From Nocardiopsaceae bacterium (GTDB taxonomy: Bacteria; Actinomycetota; Actinomycetes; Streptosporangiales; Streptosporangiaceae): 58,917 nt of DNA. Location of the stretch: NCBI GenBank assembly GCA_017354375.1, contig JAFMRC010000002.1, positions 1 through 58,917 on the forward strand, in the 5' to 3' direction. A program made the position numbers and the translations under genes. Each line of letters begins with the position of its first letter. The stretch's first letter is position 1. The notes under the pieces are model-generated. The model searched no databases, was not told the origin of the DNA, and saw only the letters and a list, made by a program, of their open reading frames with translations. Shown here one piece after another: positions 1 through 9,589 of this stretch.

Positions 1-1067
1 GCGGGGCCGTCGGCCGGGCCGGCGCCGTCTCCGTATGCCTCCGGCGGCAGCGAGCCCGCCCGGTGGCAGGCCACGAGGTGCCCGCCTCCCTCCCCCGCGG
101 GCTCGAGGGGCGGTGCTTCCTGGCGGCACCGTTCCACCACGACCGGGCACCGCGGCGCGAACGGGCAGCCGGGGGGCAGCCCGATCAGCGACGGCGGGCT
201 ACCGGGGATCGGCCGCAGCGGGCCGGCCTCCGAACCGCGGTCCAGCCGTGGCATCGAGCCGAGCAGGCCGAGCGTGTACGGCATCTGGCTGTGGTAGAAC
301 ACCTCGTCGACACCGCCGGACTCGACCGCCTTCCCCGCGTACATGACCGTGACCCGGTCCGCCATCCCGGCGACGACGCCCAGGTCATGGGTGATCAGCA
401 GCAGGGACGCGCCGGTGGCGTCCCGGGCCGAGCGCAGAGCGTCGAGCACCTGCGCCTGGATGGTCACGTCCAGCGCGGTCGTGGGCTCGTCGGCGATCAT
501 CACGTCCGGGTCGGCCGCCATCGCGATCGCGATCACGACGCGCTGCCGCATGCCGCCGGAGAACTCGTGCGGATAGGATCCCGCGCGGCGGGCGGCCTGC
601 GGGATGCCGACCACGTCCAGCAGCTCGACGGCGCGGCGGCGCGCGTCCTGCTTGGACATCAGGCCCCGCGTCCAGAGCGCCTCCGCCACCTGCCAGCCGA
701 CGGTGAACGCGGGGTTGAGCGAGGTCAGCGGATCCTGCGGGATGTAGGCGATGGTGCCGCCGCGCACCGTAGCCAGCTCCGTCTCGGAAAGGCCCAGCAG
801 CTCGCGTCCGGCGCAGCGCACCGAGCCGGCCACGCGGGCGCCGCGCGGCAGCAGGCCAAGGGCGGCGAGCGCGACCGTGGACTTGCCCGACCCCGATTCG
901 CCGACGATCCCGAGGGTCTCGCCGCGTTCCAGCGTCAGGTCGATGTCCCGGACCGCGCGGACGTCGCCGTCCGGCGTCGGGAACGTGACCGACAGGCCGG
1001 TGACCGACAGCAGGGGACCAGGCGAGCCGGGCGAGCCGGCGACGGCGGCCGAGGATGGGACAGTCAC
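1..1067 (-). CDS. Oligopeptide/dipeptide-type ABC transporter ATP-binding protein (OppD/DppD-like); 3' end runs off the window
   Basis: Minus-strand frame from GTG at 1067 gives Walker A IVGESGSGKST, YPHEFSGGMRQR, IIADEPTTALDVTIQAQ and C-terminal PPGCPFAPRCP; directly follows the permease gene. Confidence 0.9.
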   Translation of the reverse strand, partial: MTVPSSAAVAGSPGSPGPLLSVTGLSVTFPTPDGDVRAVRDIDLTLERGETLGIVGESGSGKSTVALAALGLLPRGARVAGSVRCAGRELLGLSETELATVRGGTIAYIPQDPLTSLNPAFTVGWQVAEALWTRGLMSKQDARRRAVELLDVVGIPQAARRAGSYPHEFSGGMRQRVVIAIAMAADPDVMIADEPTTALDVTIQAQVLDALRSARDATGASLLLITHDLGVVAGMADRVTVMYAGKAVESGGVDEVFYHSQMPYTLGLLGSMPRLDRGSEAGPLRPIPGSPPSLIGLPPGCPFAPRCPVVVERCRQEAPPLEPAGEGGGHLVACHRAGSLPPEAYGDGAGPADGP

Positions 1068-1069
1068 GC

Positions 1070-1993
1070 CTAACGCTCCCGCCGGGTCGGGTCGAGGGCG
1101 TCCCGCAGCCCGTCCCCCACGAAGTTGACGCAGAGGATGGCCAGCACGAGGAACGCCGAGGGGAAGTAGAACAGCCAGGGCAGGGCGGTGGCGTCGCCCT
1201 CGCCGGAGGCGATGAGCGTGCCGAGGTCCACCTGCGGCGGCTGGACGCCGAGCCCGAGGTAGGACAGCGCGGCCTCGATCAGCATCGCGTTGGCGACGGT
1301 GAGGGTGGCGTTGACGGCGATGGCGCCCGCCGCGTTGGGGACGAGGTGGCGGAGGATGATCCGCGGGGCGGACGCCCCGATCGCGTGCTCGGCCTCGATG
1401 AACTCCCGTTCCCGCAGCCCCAGGAACGTGCCGCGGACCAGCCGGGCGAGGTAGGTCCACAGCAGCAGGGCCAGCATCAGGCCGACGAACAGCGAGCTGT
1501 CGGCCTGCTTGCTGAACCGGTTGGACAGCACCAGCAGGACGGCCAGCACCGGGACGATGAGCACCAGGTCGGTCAGCCGCATCAGCACCTGATCGGCGAT
1601 CCCGCCGTAATACCCGGCGATCGCGCCGACCAGCGTCCCGAACGCGGTGGAGATCGCCGCGACCAGCAGCGCGGTCTCCAGCGAGGTCCTTGTTCCGGCG
1701 AGGACCTGGGCGAGCATGTCGTGCCCGATCGGGTCGGTGCCGAACGGGTGCTGAGCCGAGGGACCGGTCCCGTACTGGCCGGTGATCGACGTGTAGCCGT
1801 ATTTCCAGAACAGCGGGACGACCAGCGACGCGAGCAGCAGCAGGAGGAACACGACGAGGCCGGTCATGGCCAGCTTGTGCCGGACGAACCGCCCGGCGGC
1901 CATCCGCAGCTGACCGCGGCTGGCCGCGACGGGGACCGGGCCGCCGGCCGTGGACGGCACCACGGTCACGGTGGGGGCGGCGGGCTCAGGCAA
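1070..1993 (-). CDS. ABC transporter permease (OppC/DppC-like)
   Basis: PSAQHPFGTDPIGHDML, EFIEAEHAIGAS EAA loop, NFVGDGLRDALDP C-terminus. Confidence 0.92.
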   Translation of the reverse strand: MPEPAAPTVTVVPSTAGGPVPVAASRGQLRMAAGRFVRHKLAMTGLVVFLLLLLASLVVPLFWKYGYTSITGQYGTGPSAQHPFGTDPIGHDMLAQVLAGTRTSLETALLVAAISTAFGTLVGAIAGYYGGIADQVLMRLTDLVLIVPVLAVLLVLSNRFSKQADSSLFVGLMLALLLWTYLARLVRGTFLGLREREFIEAEHAIGASAPRIILRHLVPNAAGAIAVNATLTVANAMLIEAALSYLGLGVQPPQVDLGTLIASGEGDATALPWLFYFPSAFLVLAILCVNFVGDGLRDALDPTRRER

Positions 1994-2969
1994 GGCGGAT
2001 CCTCGGGTCGAGCACCGCGTACAGCATGTCCGCGATGATGTTGAACACGATCACGACGGCGGCCACCACCATCATCCAGGCTTGCACGGTGGTGGTGTCG
2101 GGGCTGACCGGACCCGTCAGGCCCTGCAGCAGGAACTGGCCCATCCCCTGCCAGCCGAACGCCGTCTCCGTCACCACCGCGCCGCCGAGCAGCACCGCGA
2201 AGTCGGCGGCGACGACGGTGACGACCGGGACCAGGGCGTTGCGCAGCGCGTGCACGAACAGCACCCGGCGGGGGGACAGCCCCTTCGCGCGGGCGAGCCG
2301 GATGTAGTCGGCGTTCAGCACGTCCAGCAGCTGCGCTCGCTGGTAGCGGCTCCAGCCGGCGTAGGTGATCAGGGTGAGGGTGAGGACCGGCAGCACGGTG
2401 TGCTCGACCACGTCCGTGAGGACCGGCAACGTCCCGGTGGTGCCGGGCGTGTTCTGCCCGAGGGTGAACAGCACGGTGTGCCCGGCCGCGTTGTTGACGT
2501 CGACCGCGAGGAAGTCCTTCAGCAGGATCGCCACGACGAACACGGGCGTGGAGTAGAACAGGTACGCCACCGCGGTCATCGCGTGATCGGTGACGCTGTA
2601 CTGCCGGACGGCGCCGATAACGCCGACCCCGACCGCGAGCACCACGGCCACGATCACCGACGGCACGACCATCTGCAGCGTGACGACCAGCCGGGTGCCC
2701 AGCTCGGTCCCCACCGGCTGGCCGGTCGTCGACGTGCCGAACGAGCCGCCCAGCATGCGGGTCAGCCAGTCCCAGTACCGCACCAGCAGCGGCTGGTCCA
2801 GCCCGAGCTCCCTCTTGGCCGCCGCGATCGTCGCGGGCGAGATGTGCGGGTTCGCCATCAGGCTCGCCAGCGGATTGCCTGACACGGCGACCAGGAGGAA
2901 CAGCAGGAAGCTCGCCACCAGGAGGGTCAGCAGGCCCGCCAGCAGGCGGCGGATCAGGAAGCCGGTCAG
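1986..2969 (-). CDS. ABC transporter permease (OppB/DppB-like); probable CTG start overlapping the upstream stop
   Basis: LGLDQPLLVRYWDWL, DYIRLARAKGL, DMLYAVLDPRIR; frame stays open 17 codons upstream of the GTG at 2918, giving (M)TGFLIRRLLAGLLTLL. Confidence 0.9.
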   Translation of the reverse strand: MTGFLIRRLLAGLLTLLVASFLLFLLVAVSGNPLASLMANPHISPATIAAAKRELGLDQPLLVRYWDWLTRMLGGSFGTSTTGQPVGTELGTRLVVTLQMVVPSVIVAVVLAVGVGVIGAVRQYSVTDHAMTAVAYLFYSTPVFVVAILLKDFLAVDVNNAAGHTVLFTLGQNTPGTTGTLPVLTDVVEHTVLPVLTLTLITYAGWSRYQRAQLLDVLNADYIRLARAKGLSPRRVLFVHALRNALVPVVTVVAADFAVLLGGAVVTETAFGWQGMGQFLLQGLTGPVSPDTTTVQAWMMVVAAVVIVFNIIADMLYAVLDPRIRLA

Positions 2970-4672
2970 GACTTCAGCCCCCAGTCATAGGCATTCCACG
3001 GGATGCCCCACTCGGTGGGGTTGGGCACGAGGTTGCCGTAGGTGGAGGACCAGGAGTACAAGTTGGGCTGCTCGAACAGCGGCAGCGTCACCATGTCCTT
3101 CCACAAGACCGCGTCGGCCTGGTTGTACAGGTTCGCCGACTTGGCCGGGTCGAGCGTGCTGTTGGCCTCCACGAACAGCTTGTCCAGCTTCGGGTCCGAG
3201 TAGTGGTCATAGTTGCTCCCGCACAGCGACGCGTCCGTATAGGAGCAGTAGACCGACTGGCTGTTGGACGCGAACGGCGTCTGCACCCAGGCGAACTCGG
3301 CGATGTCGAACTCGCCCTTCGGCAAGACCGTGCCGAATAGCGTGTTCGCGCTGTAGTTCTGGATGTTGATCTTGACGCCGATGGCCTTCATGTCGGACTG
3401 GAAGAGCTGCTCGATCTGTGACCGCACCGGGACGCCGGAGGTCGTGGACAGCGTGAACGTGAGGTCCTTGCCCTTCTGCGGCCCGGAGTCCGGGTGGAAG
3501 TACCCGTCGGAGCCCATCGTCATCCCGGCCGCGGCGAGCATCTTCTTCGCCTTCGAGGGGTCGAACGCGCCGTAGCCGTCGCTCGTGTCCTTGTACTGCG
3601 GCTGGATCGGCATCCAGATCCGGTTGTCCAGCGGCTTGATCTTCGTCGTCAGCGGGCTGACGATCCGCTGCACCATCTGCTCCCTGTTGGTGCCGTAGGC
3701 GAGCGCGTGCCGGACGCTGGCCTGGGACAGGTACGGGTTGGCCTGGTTGAAGTCGATGTGCTGGAACTCCAGCCCCGGGGACACGTTGGTGGTGACGTTC
3801 GAGATGGCGCGGACCGCGGAATTGAACGCGACCGAGGCGAGCGCCGGGTTCGCGATGTTGACCTCGCCGTTCTGCATCGCGGGCGGGACCTGGTTGTCGT
3901 CCAGGATGAACCGGAACGTGATCTTCGACAGCTTCGGCTTCGGCCCCCACCACTTCGGGTTCGGCACCTCGACCAGGTCCTCGCCCTGGGTGTAGCTCTT
4001 GATCTCATACGGGCCACCGGACACCTGGACCGGCGGGCCGAAGTTCTGGAACCCGTCGTTGAAGCCGACCTTCTTCGCGATGTGCGATGGCATCAGGTCC
4101 TCGAACAGCAACTTCCAGTCGCCGAAGGGCTTGCTGAAGGTGACCGTGACGGTCTTGCCGCCGTCGGATCCGGCGACGGACTTGATCTGGTTGTACCCGC
4201 CGGTGTTGGCGGGCAGGTACGCCTTGCCCCCCACGTCCTTGAACTTCGGGTTCCCGCTGTCCGCCTGCCACTCGTAGACGAAGTCGGCCGCGGTGATCGG
4301 CACCCCGTCGGACCAGGTGGCCTTCGGGTTGATGTGGTACACGACGGTCTGCGGGCTGGTGCTGGTCACCTTGGCGCTGGTGACGATGTTGGTGTTCAGC
4401 TTCGGGGCGAGGCTCGGCGTCGGCACGTAGACGGTCGGCCAGACGTTGTCCAGGATCTCTTGCAGCACGAACTCGTTGTCGTCGATCTGGTTGATGTTGA
4501 AGCCCGCGACGTCCTCGTCGAGGGCGTAGGTAATAGAGCCCCCGCTCTTCACGCTGACGTTGCCGGATGGGGTGCCGCTGGTGCCGCCGCTGGCGCAGGC
4601 CGCCAGCCCGAGAGCGCAGGCGGCGGCGAAGGCGAGCGCCGCCGCACGACGTGCTGGTCGAAGCCGGATCAT
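2966..4672 (-). CDS. ABC transporter substrate-binding lipoprotein, family 5 (OppA/DppA-like)
   Basis: Lipobox LAAC, INPKATWSDGVPITAADF, SGGPY, VRHALAYG motifs. Confidence 0.92.
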   Translation of the reverse strand: MIRLRPARRAAALAFAAACALGLAACASGGTSGTPSGNVSVKSGGSITYALDEDVAGFNINQIDDNEFVLQEILDNVWPTVYVPTPSLAPKLNTNIVTSAKVTSTSPQTVVYHINPKATWSDGVPITAADFVYEWQADSGNPKFKDVGGKAYLPANTGGYNQIKSVAGSDGGKTVTVTFSKPFGDWKLLFEDLMPSHIAKKVGFNDGFQNFGPPVQVSGGPYEIKSYTQGEDLVEVPNPKWWGPKPKLSKITFRFILDDNQVPPAMQNGEVNIANPALASVAFNSAVRAISNVTTNVSPGLEFQHIDFNQANPYLSQASVRHALAYGTNREQMVQRIVSPLTTKIKPLDNRIWMPIQPQYKDTSDGYGAFDPSKAKKMLAAAGMTMGSDGYFHPDSGPQKGKDLTFTLSTTSGVPVRSQIEQLFQSDMKAIGVKINIQNYSANTLFGTVLPKGEFDIAEFAWVQTPFASNSQSVYCSYTDASLCGSNYDHYSDPKLDKLFVEANSTLDPAKSANLYNQADAVLWKDMVTLPLFEQPNLYSWSSTYGNLVPNPTEWGIPWNAYDWGLKS

Positions 4673-4774
4673 GCCAGCTCATGCTGAATCAGCCTTATAA
4701 CGATCAGATCACGAAAATATTACTTATTGATCATTAGTGGGCATATGCCGTAAATCTACAAAATCACGACGGGC

Positions 4775-4788
4775 TGACATCGATGTCA
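4775..4788. promoter_or_regulatory. Perfect 14-bp palindrome TGACATCGATGTCA; LacI-family-like operator upstream of the ABC importer
   Basis: Fits the TGnnAnCGnTnnCA pattern, ~100 bp upstream of the binding-protein start in an AT-rich region. Confidence 0.5.
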
Positions 4789-5188
4789 ACATAACCGCGG
4801 TCACCACCGGCGATCGCTCGCCCACCGAACGGCGGTCGTACCCAGGCCGGGGTATCCCCACGGAAAGCACTGCGGTCCGCGCGCCGGGACCGTAACGACA
4901 GCAACGGCGCCACCGTCGCCCCGCCATAGCGCACGCAGGGATGCCGTCGCGTACACCAGGGAACCTGTTGCAGAATTCACCAGGAGGTGCGCAAGGGGAG
5001 ACTGTGGTAAGTGAGCCGGCACGTTCCCAGCCTGCTGGCGGGCGATCCCCGCAGGAGCCGAGGCTTTTGGCGAATGGCGGCCCCACATATGCCGCGAACC
5101 GGGCGTGATCAGGGTCCTCATGCGGGCCCTGTCTCTCTTTACGGGAACGCTGGGCGGACCTGCCCCCCGTCCGCTCCCGCTCCCCCCT

Positions 5189-5299
5189 TCGCGGGGCCGC
5201 CCGGCTCTTTGCCGGAGTTCCGCACGGGCAAACGGGCCCGAAACGGGCACGGAAGGGGCCGGAACTCCGACAATGAAGCACGGGAGTGACGGGTGTGGC
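5189..5299 (+). repeat. Repeat family A, copy 1 (~111 bp palindromic REP/MITE-like element)
   Basis: About 9 differences (hand alignment) from the reverse complement of 22068-22179; internal IR TTGCCGGAGTTCCG...CGGAACTCCGACAA. Confidence 0.85.
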
Positions 5300-5650
5300 T
5301 GACGGGAACGGCGCGGGCGGGACACCGGCACTGGCAGCTCCCCATAACCTGCGACAGAGCCCTCATGCGCCAAAAGACGATCCCGCCGGGCCGGGCCGGG
5401 CAGGGGCAGAAGTGGCCAGGCAGGCTTGATGCGCGTATTGGGGCGCATGGGGTAAATGGCATTGCGCCGAGGCCTGTGACAGACGCGCACGAGGTTATCG
5501 CCAGAAGCTTCTCCGTTACCGGAAAACCCCTCACAAGGGGGAACGTCCCATAATCCCCGCGAATTACTCCCGCGCCGCAGCACATTTATTGAGCAGCGGT
5601 TACCGCGAACGATACCGAATGTAACCAAACGCTCCCGATTCGTTACGTTT

Positions 5651-5676
5651 ATTATGAACGTCACAACGTTCATAAT
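5651..5676. promoter_or_regulatory. 11-bp perfect inverted repeat ATTATGAACGT-N4-ACGTTCATAAT, candidate operator
   Basis: Seen directly in the AT-rich region upstream of the XRE-like gene. Confidence 0.5.
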
Positions 5677-5750
5677 GGAAAATATTTACCAACGGCGACA
5701 CCGTGTAACCGAAAACCCCCACAGAACCCGCCGCCGGTAGTACCTTAGAT

Positions 5751-5797
5751 GCCTTAAGCCGCCTTAAGGGCACCGTAAGGCGCCTTAAGGGCACCGT
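5751..5797 (+). repeat. Direct repeats CGCCTTAAGGGCACCGT x2 (period 21) plus an extra GCCTTAAG
   Basis: 5760-5776 is identical to 5781-5797; GCCTTAAG also at 5751. Confidence 0.75.
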
Positions 5798-5851
5798 GTA
5801 TTACTACCCAATCAGTACCGGCATAGCTCCATCCGTTCCGGTAAATGCCAT

Positions 5852-6634
5852 ATGTCACGAAATGGCCAACGAGGGATGACGAAAGCTGCACCAGGGGGCA
5901 CCGCCATGGACGATTATCAGCCACGGCATGCGTCACAGAAGATTCATTGCCCACCAAATATACACCACCATATCCGGCATAACGGCACCGTTTCCCCCAG
6001 CGAGAGCGGTACGCCCACCGAGCCCGTTACGCCCGCTGAGGCCGTTTCGCTCGCGCTGTCCGTGCTGACCGAGACCCGCGAGCGCCTGGAGTCGATGGGC
6101 GTCAGCCAGCGGGTCCTCGATACCGCCTTCGGGGAGACCCTGGACGGCCTCGCCACGGGGCCACGGTGCGAGCACGACGCCATTCCGGACACGCCCGGCA
6201 CAGACCTGTGCCCCGACCCCGGTGCCGCGCGGACCGAGGCGGAGTTCCTCGACTGCCTGCGCAACTACCGGACCTGGGCCGGCAACCCGTCCTACCGCGT
6301 GATGGCGCGGCGCTGCGAGCACCGGTTCGCCGCCTCCACCATCTGCACCGCGCTGCGCGGCGAGGTGGTGCCGAGCCTGGATATGGTCCTCACGATCGTC
6401 TCCGCCTGCGGCGGCCCGGAGCGGCACCGTCGCGAGTTCGCCTCCGCCTGGCGCCGCCTCGCCCTGCCCGATCAGGCCCTGCCCGAACAGGCCAAGCCCG
6501 ATCCGGCCCTGCCCCGTCAGACGCGCCCTTACGACTACGCCGCCGATTACGCCGTCGCCGCGGCGGCGGCGCGGCCGGCGGTACGGCCGGAGAACAGGCA
6601 GCCACCCAGGAACGTGCCCTCCAGGGACCGGTAG
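5852..6634 (+). CDS. XRE-family helix-turn-helix protein (actinobacterial type); start uncertain
   Basis: EFLDCLRNYRTWAGNPSYRVMARR...STICTALRGEVVPSLDMVLTIVSACGG...WRRL pattern; 3' end overlaps the convergent gene. Confidence 0.7.
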   Translation: MSRNGQRGMTKAAPGGTAMDDYQPRHASQKIHCPPNIHHHIRHNGTVSPSESGTPTEPVTPAEAVSLALSVLTETRERLESMGVSQRVLDTAFGETLDGLATGPRCEHDAIPDTPGTDLCPDPGAARTEAEFLDCLRNYRTWAGNPSYRVMARRCEHRFAASTICTALRGEVVPSLDMVLTIVSACGGPERHRREFASAWRRLALPDQALPEQAKPDPALPRQTRPYDYAADYAVAAAAARPAVRPENRQPPRNVPSRDR

Positions 6635-8202
6635 CCGTGCATGCCGCCGCCGCCGAACCCGGCGGCCTCCCCAGCCGCGTACAGTCCCGGCACCGGCTCT
6701 CCGGAGGCGCTGAGCACCCGCGCGCTCAGGTCGGTGTGCAGCCCGCCCAGGCTCTTGCGGGTCAGCACGTGCAGCCGCACCGCGATCAGCGGCCCGGCGG
6801 CCGGATCCAGCAGCCGGTGCGGCCTGGCGACCCTGACCAGCCGGTCGCTCAGGTACCGCCGGGCGCCGCGAACCGCCGTCATCTGACCGTCCTTCCCGAA
6901 CGGGCTGACCGCGTCCCGGTCCCGCGCCACGACCTCCCCGCGGATGGCGTCGGCGTCGAGGTGCGGCTCGCCGCCGGTCAGCTTGTTCATCTTCGCGACC
7001 AGGTCGCCGAGGCTCGTCGCGGTCACGAAGTCGGCGCCGTGATCGACAAACGCCTGTACCGGTCCCGGCACGCCGCCGCCGATCCGGCTGGCGAGTATCT
7101 TCTTGCGGTCCTTGCTGGTGATGTCCGGGTTCTGCTCGGAACCGGACAGCGCGAACTCCCTCGCGATGATCTTCCTGGTCAGGATGAACCAGCTGTGGTC
7201 GTACCCGGTCCGCCGCAGGTACTCCAGCGTGCCGAGGGTGTCGAACCCGGGGTAGAACGGGCCCGGTAGCCGCTTTCCGGTCGCGTCCAGCCACAGCGAG
7301 GACGGTCCGGGCAGGATCCGGATGCCATGCATCGGCCAGACGGGATCCCAGTTATCGATGCCCTCGACGTAGTGCCACATCCGGTCGCGGTTGATCACCC
7401 GCCCGCCTGCCCGTTCGGTGATCGCGAGCATCCGCCCGTCTACGTGGGCGGGAACCCCGGACAGCATGCGCTCGGGCGGCGGGCCGAGCCGGTCCGGCCA
7501 GGCCTGCCGGACCAGGTCGTGGTTGCCGCCGATGCCGCCGGAGGCGACGATCACCGCCTGCGCCCGCAGCTCGAAGGTCCCAGCCGGGGTGCGGCTGGTC
7601 GCCTCGCCGCGCGGCGCGTCATCCGGCTCCAGGATCGTCCCCGCGACGCCCTCGACCGCGCCGCCGGAGACGATCAGCTCATCGACCCGATGGCGGAAGC
7701 GGAATGCGACCCGGCCGCGCTCGGCCTGCTGCCGGACCCGGCGCTCGAACGGCTCGACGATCCCGGGCCCGGTCCCGAGTGTGATGTGGAAGCGGGGGAC
7801 GGAATTGCCGGGGCCGGTCGCGTCGTAGCCACCGCGCTCGGCCCAGTTGACGATGGGCAGCACGCGGTGGCCCATCCGCCGAAGCCAGGGCCGTTTCTCG
7901 GTGGCGGCCCACTCGAGGTAGGAACGCGCCCACTGGCGCGGCAATTCGTCGGTGGGCCGGTCGAAGCCGGCCGTGCCGAGCCAGTCCTGCCAGGCGAGGT
8001 CGAAGCTGTCGGCCACCCGCATCCGGCGCTGTTCGGGCGAGCCCACGAAGAGCAGCCCGCCCAGCGACCACCACGCCTGCCCGCCGAGGTCCTGCTCGCC
8101 CTCCTGGTCGAGCAGCAGCACCTTCCGCCCAGCCTCGGCCACCTCCGCGGCGGCCGCCAGCCCGGCCAGCCCGTGCCCCACCACGATCACGTCCGCGTCG
8201 AT
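6547..8202 (-). CDS. FAD-binding dehydrogenase (KsdD-like/FAD_binding_2 family); start at ATC 8202 or GTG 8190
   Basis: DADVIVVGHGLAGLAAA dinucleotide motif, GGQAWWSLGG, LYAAGEAAGFGGGGMHGYRSLEGTFLGGC. Confidence 0.9.
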   Translation of the reverse strand: MDADVIVVGHGLAGLAAAAEVAEAGRKVLLLDQEGEQDLGGQAWWSLGGLLFVGSPEQRRMRVADSFDLAWQDWLGTAGFDRPTDELPRQWARSYLEWAATEKRPWLRRMGHRVLPIVNWAERGGYDATGPGNSVPRFHITLGTGPGIVEPFERRVRQQAERGRVAFRFRHRVDELIVSGGAVEGVAGTILEPDDAPRGEATSRTPAGTFELRAQAVIVASGGIGGNHDLVRQAWPDRLGPPPERMLSGVPAHVDGRMLAITERAGGRVINRDRMWHYVEGIDNWDPVWPMHGIRILPGPSSLWLDATGKRLPGPFYPGFDTLGTLEYLRRTGYDHSWFILTRKIIAREFALSGSEQNPDITSKDRKKILASRIGGGVPGPVQAFVDHGADFVTATSLGDLVAKMNKLTGGEPHLDADAIRGEVVARDRDAVSPFGKDGQMTAVRGARRYLSDRLVRVARPHRLLDPAAGPLIAVRLHVLTRKSLGGLHTDLSARVLSASGEPVPGLYAAGEAAGFGGGGMHGYRSLEGTFLGGCLFSGRTAGRAAAAATA

Positions 8203-8262
8203 GGCTGAACCTCCATCCCACCCAGGGCTCCTACCCCAACCCTAGCGTCTCCGCTCCGGGCG

Positions 8263-8314
8263 AAGATCTTGGCGGATTTCCAGTAGCGGGGTACTGGTTC
8301 CACGCCAAGATCTT
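8263..8314. repeat. Intergenic hairpin AAGATCTTGGCG...CCAGTA-N6-TACTGG...CGCCAAGATCTT (REP-like or terminator)
   Basis: 12-bp perfect outer arms plus a 6-bp inner stem. Confidence 0.7.
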
Positions 8315-8408
8315 TAAGGGAAACGTTGTCAGCTGCGGGGTGGGCAGCTGACGGCCGCGGGAACCGGGGGGCGGGGGCGGGAACGGGGGGCTGGGGCGGG
8401 AACCGGCA

Positions 8409-9476
8409 TCACGGGACGACCACCACCTTGACCGGGTCGCCGTCGCGCTCGCGCAGCACCCGGAACGCCTCGGCGATGTCGTCCAGGGCGAACCTGTGGG
8501 TGACCAGGTCGGCGCCGCGCAGCTTGGCCGCTGCGGCCAGCGCGACCGCGCGCTTGACGTTGTTGCCGCCCTCCCCCCGCGACGTGCACAGCGTGATGTC
8601 CTTGCGCACGATCGCGCTCAGGTCGAGCGTGACCGGCGACGGGTAGAACGCGACCACGAGGACCTTGCCACCGCGCTTGGTGACCTGGCCGAACAGCTCC
8701 GGAACCGCGGGCGATCCGGAGCAGTCGATCGTCAGGTCGGCGCCCTCGCCACCGGTGAGGCCCAGCACCGACGCCGCCACGTCCGCGGACCGGACGTCGA
8801 TGACGTGGTCGGCGCCGAGGCGCCTGGCCAGCTCCAGCCGGGACGGGCGGGTGCCCGCGCAGATCACCCGGGCGGCGCCGAGGGCCTTGAGCACCTGGAC
8901 CGTGGTGAGCCCGACCGGGCCGGGGCCGAACACGACCACGTCCTGCCCCGCCACGAACCCCCCGGCCACGTCCAGGCCGTACAGGCCGGTGCCGGCCGTG
9001 GTGATCAGCACCCCGTCCTCCCACGACAGCTGGTCCGGCAGCTTGTACAGGGCGGAGACGTGGTGCACCGCGTACTCGGCGAAGCCGCCATCCGCCGTCA
9101 TGCCGGACGCCCGGTGCCCCTTGGCCGCGCGGCCGTAGTTGAGGCAGGCGGTGTACCGGCCGGTCAGGCAGTTGTCGCACCGGCCGCAGCCGCTGTGCGC
9201 CTCGATGCACACCCGGTCCCCGGGCCCGAACTCGTCCACGGTCTCGCCGGTGGCGGCGACCGTGCCCGTCCACTCGTGGCCCGGCGTGAACTCGCCGAAC
9301 GGCGGGGTCTGCGGGAAGTGCCCGTCGAGGATCTTCAGGTCGGTGCCGCAGGTGCCGCACATCGCGACCCGGACCAGGACCTCGTCCGGGCCGGGGCGCG
9401 GGACCGGCCTGGTGGTGACGCGGATGTCGCCAGGGCCGAACAGGACGGCGGCCCGCATGCTCGTTGCTGATGCCAC
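8409..9476 (-). CDS. Zinc-dependent alcohol dehydrogenase (MDR family)
   Basis: CGTD, PGHEWTG, CGRCDNC..C structural Zn site, VFGPGPVG. Confidence 0.93.
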   Translation of the reverse strand: MASATSMRAAVLFGPGDIRVTTRPVPRPGPDEVLVRVAMCGTCGTDLKILDGHFPQTPPFGEFTPGHEWTGTVAATGETVDEFGPGDRVCIEAHSGCGRCDNCLTGRYTACLNYGRAAKGHRASGMTADGGFAEYAVHHVSALYKLPDQLSWEDGVLITTAGTGLYGLDVAGGFVAGQDVVVFGPGPVGLTTVQVLKALGAARVICAGTRPSRLELARRLGADHVIDVRSADVAASVLGLTGGEGADLTIDCSGSPAVPELFGQVTKRGGKVLVVAFYPSPVTLDLSAIVRKDITLCTSRGEGGNNVKRAVALAAAAKLRGADLVTHRFALDDIAEAFRVLRERDGDPVKVVVVP

Positions 9477-9510
9477 GGCGCCCTCCCGGGTGCGGCGAGC
9501 GATTTCACTA

Positions 9511-9540
9511 CGATTTCATCCCGAACGGATCATGCCTATT
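9511..9540 (+). repeat. Repeat family B, degenerate copy
   Basis: TTTCATCCCGAACGGATCAT; core at 9521-9530; flanks match the family weakly. Confidence 0.5.
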
Positions 9541-9589
9541 CCGGTTCGATCAGGCTGACTCGCCCGGGTGCATTAGCATCGTAGTGGTG

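Noticed and set aside
4724-5673. ORFs of 90-290 aa in the region upstream of the ABC importer
   Set aside because: No RBS, motifs or codon bias; partly made of repeat A.
5829-5850. CATCCGTTCCGGTAAAT as an eighth family B copy
   Set aside because: Core mismatch and no GGGAG at the fixed spacing.
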